Made by a program: the position numbers and the translations under genes
Assembly (NCBI GenBank): GCA_963763385.1
Contig: CAVXOD010000003.1
Coordinates: forward strand, 66,270 to 130,269
Origin: an uncultured Pseudomonadota bacterium
GTDB lineage: Bacteria; Pseudomonadota; Alphaproteobacteria; Caulobacterales; Caulobacteraceae
Direction of reading: 5' to 3'
Length of the DNA stretch: 64,000 nucleotides
Notes under the pieces: model-generated
The model's database searches: none
Told to the model about the DNA's origin: nothing
What the model saw: only the letters and a program-made list of their open reading frames with translations
In this document: one piece after another, positions 11,023-20,968 of the stretch
Layout: each line of letters opens with the position of its first letter
Numbering within the stretch: the stretch's first letter is position 1

Positions 11023-11862
11023 ATGGGAGAAATGGAACTCGCGGTCCGGCGGCTGGCCGGGGCGGTCGGGGCCGAGGTGTTGGGGGTGGATCTGGCCGCG
11101 CCGCCTTCAGATGGATTGGTGGCCGAGTTGCGGCGGCTGTGGCTGGCGCATGGGGTGCTCTTCTTTCAGGATCAAGGCGCATTGACGCCGCGGCTACTGG
11201 TCGAGCTCGCGCGTCGGTTCGGGACACCGGTGGAGTACCCCTTCCTGAAGGGCTTGCCGGAAGCGCCAGAGGTGATTGTGGTCGCCAAGCTGGAGCACGA
11301 GCGGGTGAATTTCGGTGGCGTCTGGCACACCGACACCGCCTATCTTGAAGCGCCGCCGATGGCGACGATGCTGGTGGCGCGCGAGACGCCGCCGTTCGGC
11401 GGGGACACGCTCTTCGCCAGCGGCGTGGCGGCTTACGAGGCGCTGTCGGAGGGGATGAAGCGCCTGCTGGCGGGCCTCAGGGCGGTAAATTCGTCTGCGA
11501 AGGCCGACGTCAGCAAGACCCGGGAGGACCGCCTGCGCGACAATGGCCAGGCCTCGCCGCGGGCCTATGAAGCCGTCCACCCCGTGGTGCGGACGCACCC
11601 CGAGACGGGGCTGAGGACGCTTTATGTGAACATCGCGCACACCATTCGGTTCGAGGACATGACGGAGGAGGAAAGCGCGGGGCTGCTGGACTGGCTGTTC
11701 GAGCACCAGGCCCGGCCGGAGTTCACCTGTCGGTTCAGCTGGCGGCCAGGGGCCCTGGCGTTCTGGGACAACCGCTGTTGCCTGCACAACCCAGTCAACG
11801 ACTATCACGGCTACCGGCGCGTCATGCACCGCGTCACACTGGCGGGGGACCGACCGCGGTAG
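11023..11862 (+). CDS. TauD/TfdA family 2-oxoglutarate-dependent dioxygenase
   Basis: WHTD, GGDTLF, HPVVRTHPETG and WDNR...H...R motifs. Confidence 0.93.
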   Translation: MGEMELAVRRLAGAVGAEVLGVDLAAPPSDGLVAELRRLWLAHGVLFFQDQGALTPRLLVELARRFGTPVEYPFLKGLPEAPEVIVVAKLEHERVNFGGVWHTDTAYLEAPPMATMLVARETPPFGGDTLFASGVAAYEALSEGMKRLLAGLRAVNSSAKADVSKTREDRLRDNGQASPRAYEAVHPVVRTHPETGLRTLYVNIAHTIRFEDMTEEESAGLLDWLFEHQARPEFTCRFSWRPGALAFWDNRCCLHNPVNDYHGYRRVMHRVTLAGDRPR

Positions 11863-11937
11863 GCGTTCAACTCAGGGCTACCGAGAGACCTCGTTGACGA
11901 AAAGCCTCTGCGCGCGAGGAGATTCGCGGCCTCTCCG

Positions 11938-11992
11938 AACGACAGCTATGGGTCGAAATCGCCCGTTGGCGTCATGCCCGGAAGCGGACGCG
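11938..11992 (-). repeat. 55-bp cassette-boundary repeat, full copy on minus strand
   Basis: Reverse complement reads CGCGTCCGCTTCCGGGCATGACGCC-AACGGGCGATTT-CGACCC-ATAGCTGTCGTT and aligns without gaps to 28076-28130. Confidence 0.9.
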
Positions 11993-11997
11993 CCCCG

Positions 11998-12351
11998 TCA
12001 ATCGACCTCAAAGACATCCCCGCGAGCCTCACCACCGATTTCAGTGGCCCGGTACCAGCTTACCCAAAGAGGCTCGGCGACGACGCGCCTAGCGAGGAGC
12101 ACGTCAGCGAGAGAGCGAGCCAGTCTTCAGCCGGTGCGAGAGGATGGTCTCGCACGATACAATCGATGCGTTCGTGGGGATGGAAGCCCTCCGCACCAAT
12201 ATCCGGTCGAGTTCGTGAAGTACTGGGCGACTGGGGTCGAGACCGAACCGCCACTGGCGTTCCGTACGACATGGAAGATCACGCCGTTCCGAAAGCCCCC
12301 CTCGGCGTCGGAGGTGGCGTAGAAGTTCGAGCTGATCGCCAATTCGCGCAT
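11998..12351 (-). CDS. Hypothetical protein, probably frameshifted; single gene between two repeats
   Basis: MRELAISSNFYATSDAEGG... continues through shifted frames to ...GDVFEVD-stop a few nt before the repeat. No recognisable family. Confidence 0.4.
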
Positions 12352-12390
12352 TGGTGACGGCAAGGCTTGGGCCTCGCTGCCACTGCGGTC

Positions 12391-12412
12391 AATGACTGCT
12401 GAGGGTCGAAAG
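12391..12412 (-). repeat. Partial cassette-boundary repeat (spacer plus inverted arm)
   Basis: Reverse complement reads CTTT-CGACCC-TCAGCAGTCATT. Confidence 0.7.
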
Positions 12413-12414
12413 CC

Positions 12415-12550
12415 TACCGCGCGTTTCCGCCGCGCCTGCCCGAGCAGCCGATCTTCTACCCCTTCCTGAGCGAGGCCTATGCGGTGCAGATAGCCCGAGA
12501 CTGGAACGTGCCCGCCTCCGGGGCGGGCTTCGTCACACGCTTCGTCGTCG
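12415..12550 (+). pseudogene. Internal fragment of a small protein usually annotated ADP-ribosylation/crystallin J1
   Basis: YRAFPPRLPEQPIFYPFLSEAYAVQIARDWNVPASGAGFVTRF. No start codon; begins immediately after the partial repeat. Family recognised from memory. Confidence 0.65.
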
Positions 12551-12567
12551 GTTCGACCTCCCCCACT

Positions 12568-13036
12568 TCAGTACCCGAGCGCAGCGAATAGCGTCCGGAC
12601 GGTCATGAAGATGAGAATGAATGAGCCCACGCTCCAAAAAGTGGCGCGCGACTTCGTGGATTTGACCTGTGAAATAAGCGGCGAAGTGCAGCAGCCGCGA
12701 AACCACATAGCCGTATAGCAGCCACTGGGCGAGCAACAGCGAGGGCTGGGTGAGGACATAGAGAAAGCCCGAGATTAGAAAGTACGGCAGGTTCTCCAGA
12801 TCGTTCATCTGGATGCGGCGAATGCGTTCGACAGGCTCGTTGGGCTCGAGCTGCCGGGGACTTGGCGACGGGTTCAGCGGAGTCTTCTTGAGGTCCTCGG
12901 GCGCCCGGAAGCCCCCCTTGACCTGCATCATGCGCAGCACAGTCAACCAGGACATGCTCACGGCCTTGAGGATCATGAGCGTAGCGGCGATGGCGTAGGT
13001 GGCGAATAGCGGGTCGTGCAGACCTAGCTTGTCCAT
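12568..13036 (-). CDS. MAPEG family membrane protein (frameshift near 12650)
   Basis: VERIRRIQMNDLENLPYF and RLLH motifs of the MGST1/PTGES type. Confidence 0.88.
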
Positions 13037-13135
13037 GAGTGTGTGCGTCAGCCTCCCTTGAGACACGCGAGCGGTTGCCCTGCGCGGCCCTTGCCGCGGC
13101 CTCTCGTCGACCGTTCGGCGTTCCAGACCGAAAGG

Positions 13136-13180
13136 TGGTTTATTGACCGATAGTAAGTTTGTCAACCGATGGACAAATTA
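13136..13180. promoter_or_regulatory. Probable divergent promoter/TetR operator region
   Basis: AT-rich stretch with repeated ACCGAT boxes (TTGACCGATAGTAA, TCAACCGATGGACAA) between the divergent MAPEG and TetR genes. Confidence 0.4.
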
Positions 13181-13226
13181 GACGTCTTGCGGTAAATCAC
13201 CGGCGACTTGAGCGCTAGGAAACCCG

Positions 13227-13913
13227 ATGGCCTCAGCGAAGCGCCCCCCAACTTCTCCGACGAGCGATGAGGCCGCCAGGCGGCTCGCGCGGCGCGAGCG
13301 CCGGCGCGATCGATCGCGCTCAGAGATCCTCGATGGCGCGCGCCGCGTACTGCTGCGCGATGGCGTGGCGGCGACAACGCTCGACGCTGTCGCGAGAGAG
13401 GTCGGCGTGTCCAAGACGGCGCTCTACTACTACTATCCCTCCAAGGACGCGCTGCTGTTTGAACTTATCTTCGGCATTGTTGAGGCCCACGCGCGGACGG
13501 TGCATGACGCAGTCGAAGACGCGAAGGATGGGCCGAGCGCGCTTCGCACGCTGATCCGCGAATCCGTCCAAGCCTTCGCACCGCGCCTCGAGGATCTCCG
13601 CCTCGCTTTCCTCCATGGTCAGGTCGCGAGCCCGGGCGCCATCCACTTCGACAAGCAGCAGTTCGCACGCATCCGCCCCCTCAATGACCTGTGGCTAGCT
13701 GGCGCAACCGGCAAGCTCATCCAAGAACGGAGCCAGCGCCCAAGCCGAGCTCGGGTCGAACCCCGACTGATGGCCTTTCTCGCGTACCTCGCGGCGATCG
13801 GACTGCTGACCATGAAGGGCATGGTCGAAAGCCTGGAGGACCCCCTGGCGTATTCGGATGACCAACTCATCGAAGGGTTCGCGCGCATATTCGAGGCTGC
13901 CGCAACACCGTGA
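13227..13913 (+). CDS. TetR/AcrR family regulator
   Basis: HTH TTLDAVAREVGVSKTALYYYYPSKDALL. Confidence 0.92.
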   Translation: MASAKRPPTSPTSDEAARRLARRERRRDRSRSEILDGARRVLLRDGVAATTLDAVAREVGVSKTALYYYYPSKDALLFELIFGIVEAHARTVHDAVEDAKDGPSALRTLIRESVQAFAPRLEDLRLAFLHGQVASPGAIHFDKQQFARIRPLNDLWLAGATGKLIQERSQRPSRARVEPRLMAFLAYLAAIGLLTMKGMVESLEDPLAYSDDQLIEGFARIFEAAATP

Positions 13914-13918
13914 CCTCG

Positions 13919-13975
13919 GATGTCGGCTTCGGGTGTCGAAACCGGTCGTTGCCTTTGTGCCCGAAAGCGGACCCT
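13919..13975 (-). repeat. Cassette-boundary repeat, full copy on minus strand
   Basis: Reverse complement reads AGGGTCCGCTTTCGGGCACAAAGGC-AACGACCGGTTT-CGACACCC-GAAGCCGACATC; marks the junction with the core acyl-CoA dehydrogenase gene. Confidence 0.82.
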
Positions 13976-13992
13976 GGCCGCCGCCTGAAGAC

Positions 13993-15775
13993 CTAGGCCC
14001 CCAGCGCCTCCGGCGTGGCGCGGAACAGGTCGACCGAGCCTTGGGTCACCGCCGAGGTGAGGCCCGGCGCCTGGGCCAGCACCTGCTCGGCGAACACGCG
14101 GGCGAGGCCGATCTTGGTGCGGCAGTAGTCGGGGTCGGGGTCGCCGGCGGCGAGGCGGCGCGAGGCGGCCAGCGCCTGCTTGCCCAGCATCCAGCCGCCG
14201 ACCACGTCGCCCAGCAGCTTCAGGTAGGGCGTGGCGCCGGCGAGCGCGTCGGGCTGGGCGTGGCCGCGGCGCTCGATCAGCCAGCCGGTGGCCGACTGCA
14301 CCGCCGCGAGGCCGGTCTCCAGGCGCGCGCCGATCGTGTGCAGCCAGGCGTCGTCGGCGCTCTTCAGTTCGGCGGCGGTGGGGAAGATCTCGTCGACCAG
14401 CTCGCGCACCGCCTGGCCTTTGCCCAGCGCCAGCTTGCGGCCCATCAGGTCGATCGCGTGGATGCCGTTGGTGCCCTCGTAGATCGGCAGGATGCGGGCG
14501 TCGCGGTAGTATTGCGCCGCGCCGGTCTCCTCGATGAAGCCCATGCCGCCCTGCACCTGCAGCGCCGCCGAGGCGGCCTCGACGCCCATATCGGTCGACC
14601 AGGCCTTGGCGATCGGGGTCAGCAGCTCCTGGCGCAGCATCGCCGAGTCGCGGTCGACCGGGTTGCCGGCGGTGCGGGCGAGGTCGGCGGCGACCGCGGT
14701 GGAAAGGCAGATCGCCCGCGCCGCCTCGATCTTGGCCTTCATCAGCATCAGCGTGCGGCGCACGTCCGGGTGGTCGAACAGCCGCGACGGATAGGTCCCG
14801 GTCCAGGCCGAGCGGCCCTGCTTGCGCTCGAGCGCATAGGCCAGCGCCTGCTGGTAGGCCCGCTCGGCGATCGCCGACGCCCTGCACGCCGACCTGCAGC
14901 CGCGCGGCGTTCATCATCACGAACATGGCCGCCAGGCCCGCGTTGGGCGCGCCGACCAGCTCGGCCCGGGCGCCCTCGAACAGCATGACGCAGGTGGGCG
15001 AGGCGTGGATCCCCAGCTTGTGCTCGATCGACCCGCAGCTGACGCCGTTGGGCCCGCCCAGCGAGCCGTCGGCGTTCACCAGCCGCTTCGGCGCCAGGAA
15101 CAGCGAGATGCCGCGCGAACCGGGTGGGGCGTTCGGCATGCGGGCGAGCACCAGGTGGACGACGTTGTCCGCCATGTCGTGGTCGCCCCAGGTGATGAAG
15201 ATCTTCTGGCCGGTGATGCGCCAGCCGCCGTCGCCGTCCGGTTCGGCGCGGGTGGTCAGCGCGCCGAGGTCCGAGCCGGCCTGCGGCTCGGTGAGGTTCA
15301 TCGTGCCGGTCCACTCGCCGGAGACCATCTTCGGCACATAGAGCGCCTTCTGGCGCGCATCGCCGTTCTTCTCGATCGCCTCGATCGCACCCAGCGTCAG
15401 GATCGGGCAGAGGCCGAAGCTGAGGTTGGCGGCGCTGAGGATTTCGAAGACCGCGATCTCCAGCGCCTTGGGCAGCCCCTGGCCGCCGAACTCGGCGTCA
15501 GCCGCCAGGCTGTTCCAGCCGCCGGACGCGAACTGGCGGTAGGCCGCGCCAAACCCCGGCGCCGCGATCACCCCGCCGTTCTCGTAGCGCGCGCCATTGA
15601 TGTCGCCCGAGCGGTTGAGGGGCGCCAGCACGTCGACGGCGAACTGGGCGGCGCCGTCCAGCACCGCGGCGACGGTCTCGCCGTCGGCCGCCGGGAACGC
15701 GGGGCCGAGACGGCCGAAGTCCGCGGCTTCCTCGAGGGCGAACGTCAGGTCGCGAACGGGAGCTTTGTAGGTCAT
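13993..15775 (-). CDS. Acyl-CoA dehydrogenase (frameshift near 14875)
   Basis: TMNLTEPQAGSDLG, GQKIFITWG, EHKLGIHASPT, GGMGFIEE and IYEGTNGI motifs. Confidence 0.93.
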
Positions 15776-15953
15776 GGCCGTCCCTTGCAGCTTGCCCGGC
15801 CCTTCTAGCGCGCGGCGGCCGCAAGACCAGCCGTTACCGTCGGACGCCGCGCGTTCACGGCTTCGTGACCGACGGGAATGGCGACGGCTTGAAATCCGTC
15901 ATGATCGCCACATTCCCTTGCGCGGCGAGGGACGATCGGTTGAAAGGGCCTCC

Positions 15954-16559
15954 ATGATCGGACGCCGACTGAGCGCGCTCGCCGCGCTCACCCTCGCCAT
16001 CCCCCTGGTCGCCGCGGCGGCGCCGGCGGGATCACCTGACTTCCCGGGCGGCCACTACGTGCTCGATCCCCGGCACGCCAGCCTGATCGCCCGCGTCAAG
16101 CACATGGGCGTCTCGCTCTACACGCTGCGGTTCGACACGCTGGCCGCCAACTTCGACTACGATCCGGCGAAACCCGAGGCCACCCGGCTGAGCGCGAGCG
16201 TCGATCCGACCTCGCTCGACGTGAACGCCGACTACGGCAAGCAGTTCGCCGAGGAGTTCCTGTCGGTCAGCAAGTTCCCGAAGGCCACCTTCGTCGCCAC
16301 CCAGCTGCAGAAGACCAGCGATACGCAGGGAACGATGACCGGCGACATGACGCTGATGGGCGTCACCAAGCCGGTGACCTTCAACGTCACCCTGATCGGC
16401 GCCGGCAAGGAGGTGTTGCCGATCCCGTTCGGGCGGCACGCCGCCGGCTTCGAAGCGACGACGACGTTCAAGCGCTCCGATTTCGGCTCGACCTATCTGA
16501 GCAACCTGGTCGGCGACGAGGTGACGCTGCAGATCGAGGCGGAGTTCGAGAAGAAATGA
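15954..16559 (+). CDS. YceI family periplasmic protein
   Basis: Signal peptide; LDPRHAS, GDMTLMGVTKPV and RSDFG motifs. Confidence 0.9.
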   Translation: MIGRRLSALAALTLAIPLVAAAAPAGSPDFPGGHYVLDPRHASLIARVKHMGVSLYTLRFDTLAANFDYDPAKPEATRLSASVDPTSLDVNADYGKQFAEEFLSVSKFPKATFVATQLQKTSDTQGTMTGDMTLMGVTKPVTFNVTLIGAGKEVLPIPFGRHAAGFEATTTFKRSDFGSTYLSNLVGDEVTLQIEAEFEKK

Positions 16560-17176
16560 CCGCCGCCGCCACCTCGTCCCTGGCCCCTGCCGCCGGCGCG
16601 CGTTCGACCTATTCGGCGGTCGCGATCGGCCTGCACTGGCTGATCGCGCTGCTGATGCTGACCAACATCGGCCTTGCCTGGTACTTCGGCACGCTGAAGG
16701 GCGCCGAGGCGATCCCGCCGATCCAGCTGCACAAGTCGATCGGGATCACCGTGCTGCTGCTGACGCTGCTGCGGATCGGCTGGCGGCTGACGCACGCCGC
16801 GCCGGCGCTGCCGGACCACATGGCGGGATGGGAGAAGCTGGCCGCCCGGGGCGCGCACCTGATCTTCTATCTGCTGATGCTGGGCATGCCGCTCTCCGGC
16901 TGGGCGATGGTCTCGTCGAGCCCGCTGATCAAGGTCCACCCGACCGTCCTCTACGGCCTCGTCCCGTGGCCGACCTTTCCGTTTCTGCCGACCGACCCTG
17001 ACCAGCTGCACGCCGCGCGCAAGCTGTTCAGCTTCACCCATGAGAAGCTGGCCTGGCTCGCCTACGCCACCATCGTGCTGCACGTCGCCGCCGCGCTGAA
17101 GCACCATCTGATCGACCGCGACGACGTGCTGGCGCGCATGCTGCCGCTGCTGCGCAGGTCTGGAGCCGCCCGATGA
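16556..17176 (+). CDS. Cytochrome b561 (YceJ-like)
   Basis: LHWLIA, LHKSIGITVL and LHVAAALKHH motifs. Confidence 0.92.
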   Translation: MTAAATSSLAPAAGARSTYSAVAIGLHWLIALLMLTNIGLAWYFGTLKGAEAIPPIQLHKSIGITVLLLTLLRIGWRLTHAAPALPDHMAGWEKLAARGAHLIFYLLMLGMPLSGWAMVSSSPLIKVHPTVLYGLVPWPTFPFLPTDPDQLHAARKLFSFTHEKLAWLAYATIVLHVAAALKHHLIDRDDVLARMLPLLRRSGAAR

Positions 17177-17742
17177 AACCAGCCGCAACGACCGCCTTCG
17201 TCGCCGCACTCGCCCTGACGCCCGCCCTCGCCCTGGCCGCGCCGCCGACCTGGGCGGTGGACAAAGCCGCCTCGAAGCTGACCTTCACCTCCGCGGTCAG
17301 CGGCGCCGCCTTCACCGGCCGGTTCGCGCGCTGGGACGCGGTGATCCACTTCGATCCCAAGGATCTGCCGCATTCCGACGTCGCGGCCACGATCGACATC
17401 GCCTCGGCGGCCACCGGCAACGCCGACCGCGACGCCGAGCTGCCGGACCAGGACTGGTTCTGGACCAGCCACTTTCCGCGCGCGACCTTCGTGGCCAAGA
17501 GCTTCAAGGCCACCGGGCCGGGACACTATGTGGCCGTCGGCGCGCTGACGATCCGCGGCGTCGCCAAGCCGGTCAGCCTGCCGTTCGCGCTGACGATCAA
17601 CGGCGTGGCCGCCCACATGACCGCCGCCGTGGCGCTGAACCGCCTGGCCTTCGGCGTCGGCCAGGGCGAGTGGTCGGCGACCGACACGGTGCCGGCGAAC
17701 GTCACCGTGAACGTCGACTTGACGGCGCGGCGGGCGCCTTAG
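17173..17742 (+). CDS. YceI family protein
   Basis: W.VDKAASKLTF, GALTIRGV and LNRLAFGVG motifs. Confidence 0.9.
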   Translation: MKPAATTAFVAALALTPALALAAPPTWAVDKAASKLTFTSAVSGAAFTGRFARWDAVIHFDPKDLPHSDVAATIDIASAATGNADRDAELPDQDWFWTSHFPRATFVAKSFKATGPGHYVAVGALTIRGVAKPVSLPFALTINGVAAHMTAAVALNRLAFGVGQGEWSATDTVPANVTVNVDLTARRAP

Positions 17743-17904
17743 CGTGCTGGATTTGCAGTTCGCCTACTCTTTGGATCGGGCTGTGTGCGAACTTCAAATC
17801 CGAAAAGCACACTAGCTACTTATACTTGCTAGTGTCCTGATCGATTCCGAAGTTCGACGGAGTTTGCCATCATGCACTTGCGAACTTCGGAATCGGGACA
17901 CTAG
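17739..17904. repeat. Double-hairpin MITE/RIME-like element bounded by (C/T)TAG
   Basis: Hairpin 1 GGATTTGCAGTTCGC...GCGAACTTCAAATCC; hairpin 2 CTAGTGTCC..GATTCCGAAGTTCG...CGAACTTCGGAATCGGGACACTAG. Second copy at 22623-22790. Confidence 0.85.
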
Positions 17905-17908
17905 CGAC

Positions 17909-18828
17909 GTGGACGCCCGCGCAGCGGCCGACGCCCTGGCGGCCGGCGACCTCGTCATCCTGCCGACCGAGACGGTCTACGGCCTCGCCGCCGACGCCGC
18001 GAACCCGACGGCGGTCGCGCGGCTTTACGAGGCCAAGGGCCGCCCCCGGTTCAACCCGCTGATCGCCCATGTGGCCGACTGGGCGATGGCGGCGCGGGTC
18101 GCGCGGCTGGACGAGCGAGCCCGGCGCCTGGCCGACGCCTTCTGGCCCGGACCGATCACCTTCGTCGCCCCGATCGCGGATGCGGACCTTGTCTGCGACC
18201 TCGCCCGCGCCGGGCTGGACACCGTCGCCGTCCGCGCGCCCGCGCACCCGGTGGCGCAGGCGGTGATCGCCGCGTTCGGCGCGCCGATCGTCGCGCCCTC
18301 GGCCAACCGCTCCGGCCGGCCCAGCCCCACCACCTTCGCCGACGCGCGTCGCCGAGACCGAGCGCGGCCGCCGCGGTCGCGCTCGACGGCGGCCCTGCGA
18401 GATCGGCCTGGAGTCGACGGTCGTCGCGCTGCTCGACGGCCCGCCGCGGCTGCTGCGGCCGGGCGCGGTGACGCGCGGCCAGATCGAGGCGCTGGTCGGT
18501 CCGCTGGCCGAAGCCGAGGCCGACGCCGCCCGCTCGCCCGGCCGCCTCGCCCGCCACTACGCCCCGACCGCGCCGCTGCGGCTGGACGCCGAGAGGCCGC
18601 GGCCGGGCGAGGCATACCTGGCGTTCGGCCCAGCGCCTGCCGGGCGCGAAGGTGTTCAACCTCAGCCCGAACGGCGACCTCAACGAAGCCGCGGCCCGCC
18701 TGTTCTCGGCCCTGCGCGCCGCCGACGCCCTCTCACCCACCGCGATCGCCGTCGCCCCGATCCCGGAGCACGGCCTCGGCGAAGCGATCAACGATCGCCT
18801 GCGCCGCGCGGCCGGTCACGTCGGCTGA
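17909..18828 (+). CDS. tsaC: L-threonylcarbamoyladenylate synthase Sua5/TsaC (frameshifts at ~18350-18400 and ~18650)
   Basis: PTETVYGL, KGRPRFNPLI, APSANRSG, SPG..RHYAP and GLGEAINDRLRRA motifs. Confidence 0.9.
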
Positions 18829-19211
18829 AGCGCGCGCCGGACGTCGGTGCGAGCGAAGTCGTTCCCCTTATAGAGCAGAGGGACGTCCAATTGCTTCGCA
18901 AGCGCGTAGGCAAAGCAATCTGCCAAGTTCAACCGCGCCGGATGATAGCCGCGTCCATAGGCAAGGTAGGCCTCGAGAGCGGCGGCGGACAGGTCATCGG
19001 CTGAGCGAACCTCGACGCTGAGGCGCGAAAGCCAACGGTCGAAGTCCGACTTGCCTGCCACTCGCCGCCGCCTGATCAGGATCACCCCCGCCTCGACGTA
19101 GTTGATGCTCGTCATAACCGCGTTATTGGCGACCAGCATGCGAATGAAGTCATCTGCATCGGGCTCTTCGTCGCCGATGGAAACCAGCGCAGAGGCATCG
19201 ACGACGATCAC
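18816..19211 (-). CDS. vapC: VapC PIN-domain toxin
   Basis: IVVDASAL, HPARLNLADCFAYALA and LLYKGNDF motifs. Confidence 0.93.
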   Translation of the reverse strand: MIVVDASALVSIGDEEPDADDFIRMLVANNAVMTSINYVEAGVILIRRRRVAGKSDFDRWLSRLSVEVRSADDLSAAALEAYLAYGRGYHPARLNLADCFAYALAKQLDVPLLYKGNDFARTDVRRALQPT

Positions 19212-19492
19212 GACGGGTCGAAGTCGTTGTCTAGACCGGGAATCTCCCACAGCGCGTCGAAGTCGGCGCGGCTCACATTCAGCTTCACCTTGTCCAATCC
19301 CACGGCCTTGCGGAATTCCGCCGTCGCAGCTTTCATTTCCTCGAATGTCGGGCGTCCGCGCGGTCTGGCTGCCTCATTTGCGAGAGCCTGGTCCACCGCG
19401 TCCTCGATCGCGGCGGTCAATGTCTTGCCCGTCAGCCGAGCAAGCTCGCGGGCTTTGCTCGCCACCACGGGGTTCTTGATGAAGATGCCCAT
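19208..19492 (-). CDS. vapB: VapB antitoxin (Rv0623/PSK-like)
   Basis: IKNP....ARELARLTGKTLTAAI..A; overlaps the vapC start. Confidence 0.88.
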   Translation of the reverse strand: MGIFIKNPVVASKARELARLTGKTLTAAIEDAVDQALANEAARPRGRPTFEEMKAATAEFRKAVGLDKVKLNVSRADFDALWEIPGLDNDFDPS

Positions 19493-19558
19493 GCCGGCCT
19501 CCGTATATCCCGGAGTATATACTGGCCGCTCGACCCGCGGAAGGGTAGTCTGCCCCCC

Positions 19559-20968
19559 ATGACCTTCGCCGTCGCCGCCGACGTGATCTCGCGCCTGAAG
19601 GCGGTGCTGGGCGAGGGCGGCTGGAGCCAGGACCCGGACCGGCTGGCGCCGAAGCTGGTGGAGTGGCGCGACCGCTGGAGCGGGACGACGCCGCTGCTGG
19701 TCCTGCCGCGCACCACCGCCGAGGTGGCGGCCATCGTCGGCGTCTGCGCCAACTCCGGGACCGCGATCACGCCCCAGGGCGGCAACACCGGCCTGGTCGG
19801 CGGCCAGATCCCGGACGGCGAGATCCTGCTCTCGCTGGAGCGGATGCGGGCGGTGCGCGAGGCCAACGTCGACGATGACGTGCTGATCGTCGAGGCCGGC
19901 CTGACCCTGGCCGAGGCCCATGAGGCGTCGGCCGCCGTCGGCCGGCGGTTCCCGCTGAGCCTCGCCTCGGAGGGCTCCTGCACGATCGGCGGGCTGATCT
20001 CCACCAACGCCGGCGGGGTGGCGGTGCTGCGCTACGGGACCATGCGCCAGCTGGTGCTGGGGCTGGAGGCGGTGCTGCCGAACGGCGAGGTGTGGAACGG
20101 GCTCAAGCGCCTGCGCAAGGACAACACCGGCTACGACCTGAAGCAGCTGCTGATCGGGGCGGAGGGCACCTTGGGCGTCGTCACCGCCGCGGCGCTGAAA
20201 CTCTACCCGATCCTCGCCTCGCGCGCGGTGGCAATCGCCGGGGTCGCCGACCCGACCGACGCCGTCACCCTGCTCGGGCGCGCCAAGGACGTCTCGGGCG
20301 GGGCGGTGGAAAGCTTCGAACTGATCTGCGCGCTCGGCATGGAGCTGGCGATCCGCCACATCCCCGGCGCCCGCGCGCCGCTGGAGAGCCAGCCGCCGTG
20401 GTACGCGCTGATCGAGATCGCCAGCGGCGAGCCCGGCGCGGCGGAGGCGTCGATGGAGCGGCTGCTGGCGGCGGCGATGGAAGACGGCTTGGTCTCCGAC
20501 GCCGCGATCGCCCAGACCGAGACCCAAGGCAAGGCGTTCTGGGCGCTGCGGGAGAACCAGTCGGCGGCGCAGAAGAGCGAGGGCGCGGCCTGGAAGCACG
20601 ACATCGCCGTGCCGGTCTCGCGCATCGCCGAGTTCATCGCGATGGCGGGGACGGCGCTGGAGGCGCGCTGGCCGGGCGTGCGGATCGACGCCTTCGGCCA
20701 CGTCGGCGACGGCAACATCCACTACGACGTACTCGCCGCGCCCGGCGGCGATCCGGCGGCCCACAACGCCCGGCGCGGGGCGGCGGCGCACCTGGTGCAC
20801 GACATCGTCATGAGCCTCGGCGGCTCGATCTCGGCCGAGCATGGCCTCGGGACCATGAAGACGGCCGAAGCTCTGGCCTACAAGAGCCCGGTCGAGGTCG
20901 CCGCCCAGCGCGCAGTGCGCGCCGCGCTCGACCCGAAGCGGATCATGAACCCGCGCGTGTTGTTTTGA
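19559..20968 (+). CDS. FAD-binding oxidoreductase (D-2-hydroxyglutarate/GlcD-like)
   Basis: PQGGNTGLVGG, KDNTGYDL, GHVGDGNIH and SISAEHG motifs. Confidence 0.93.
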   Translation: MTFAVAADVISRLKAVLGEGGWSQDPDRLAPKLVEWRDRWSGTTPLLVLPRTTAEVAAIVGVCANSGTAITPQGGNTGLVGGQIPDGEILLSLERMRAVREANVDDDVLIVEAGLTLAEAHEASAAVGRRFPLSLASEGSCTIGGLISTNAGGVAVLRYGTMRQLVLGLEAVLPNGEVWNGLKRLRKDNTGYDLKQLLIGAEGTLGVVTAAALKLYPILASRAVAIAGVADPTDAVTLLGRAKDVSGGAVESFELICALGMELAIRHIPGARAPLESQPPWYALIEIASGEPGAAEASMERLLAAAMEDGLVSDAAIAQTETQGKAFWALRENQSAAQKSEGAAWKHDIAVPVSRIAEFIAMAGTALEARWPGVRIDAFGHVGDGNIHYDVLAAPGGDPAAHNARRGAAAHLVHDIVMSLGGSISAEHGLGTMKTAEALAYKSPVEVAAQRAVRAALDPKRIMNPRVLF

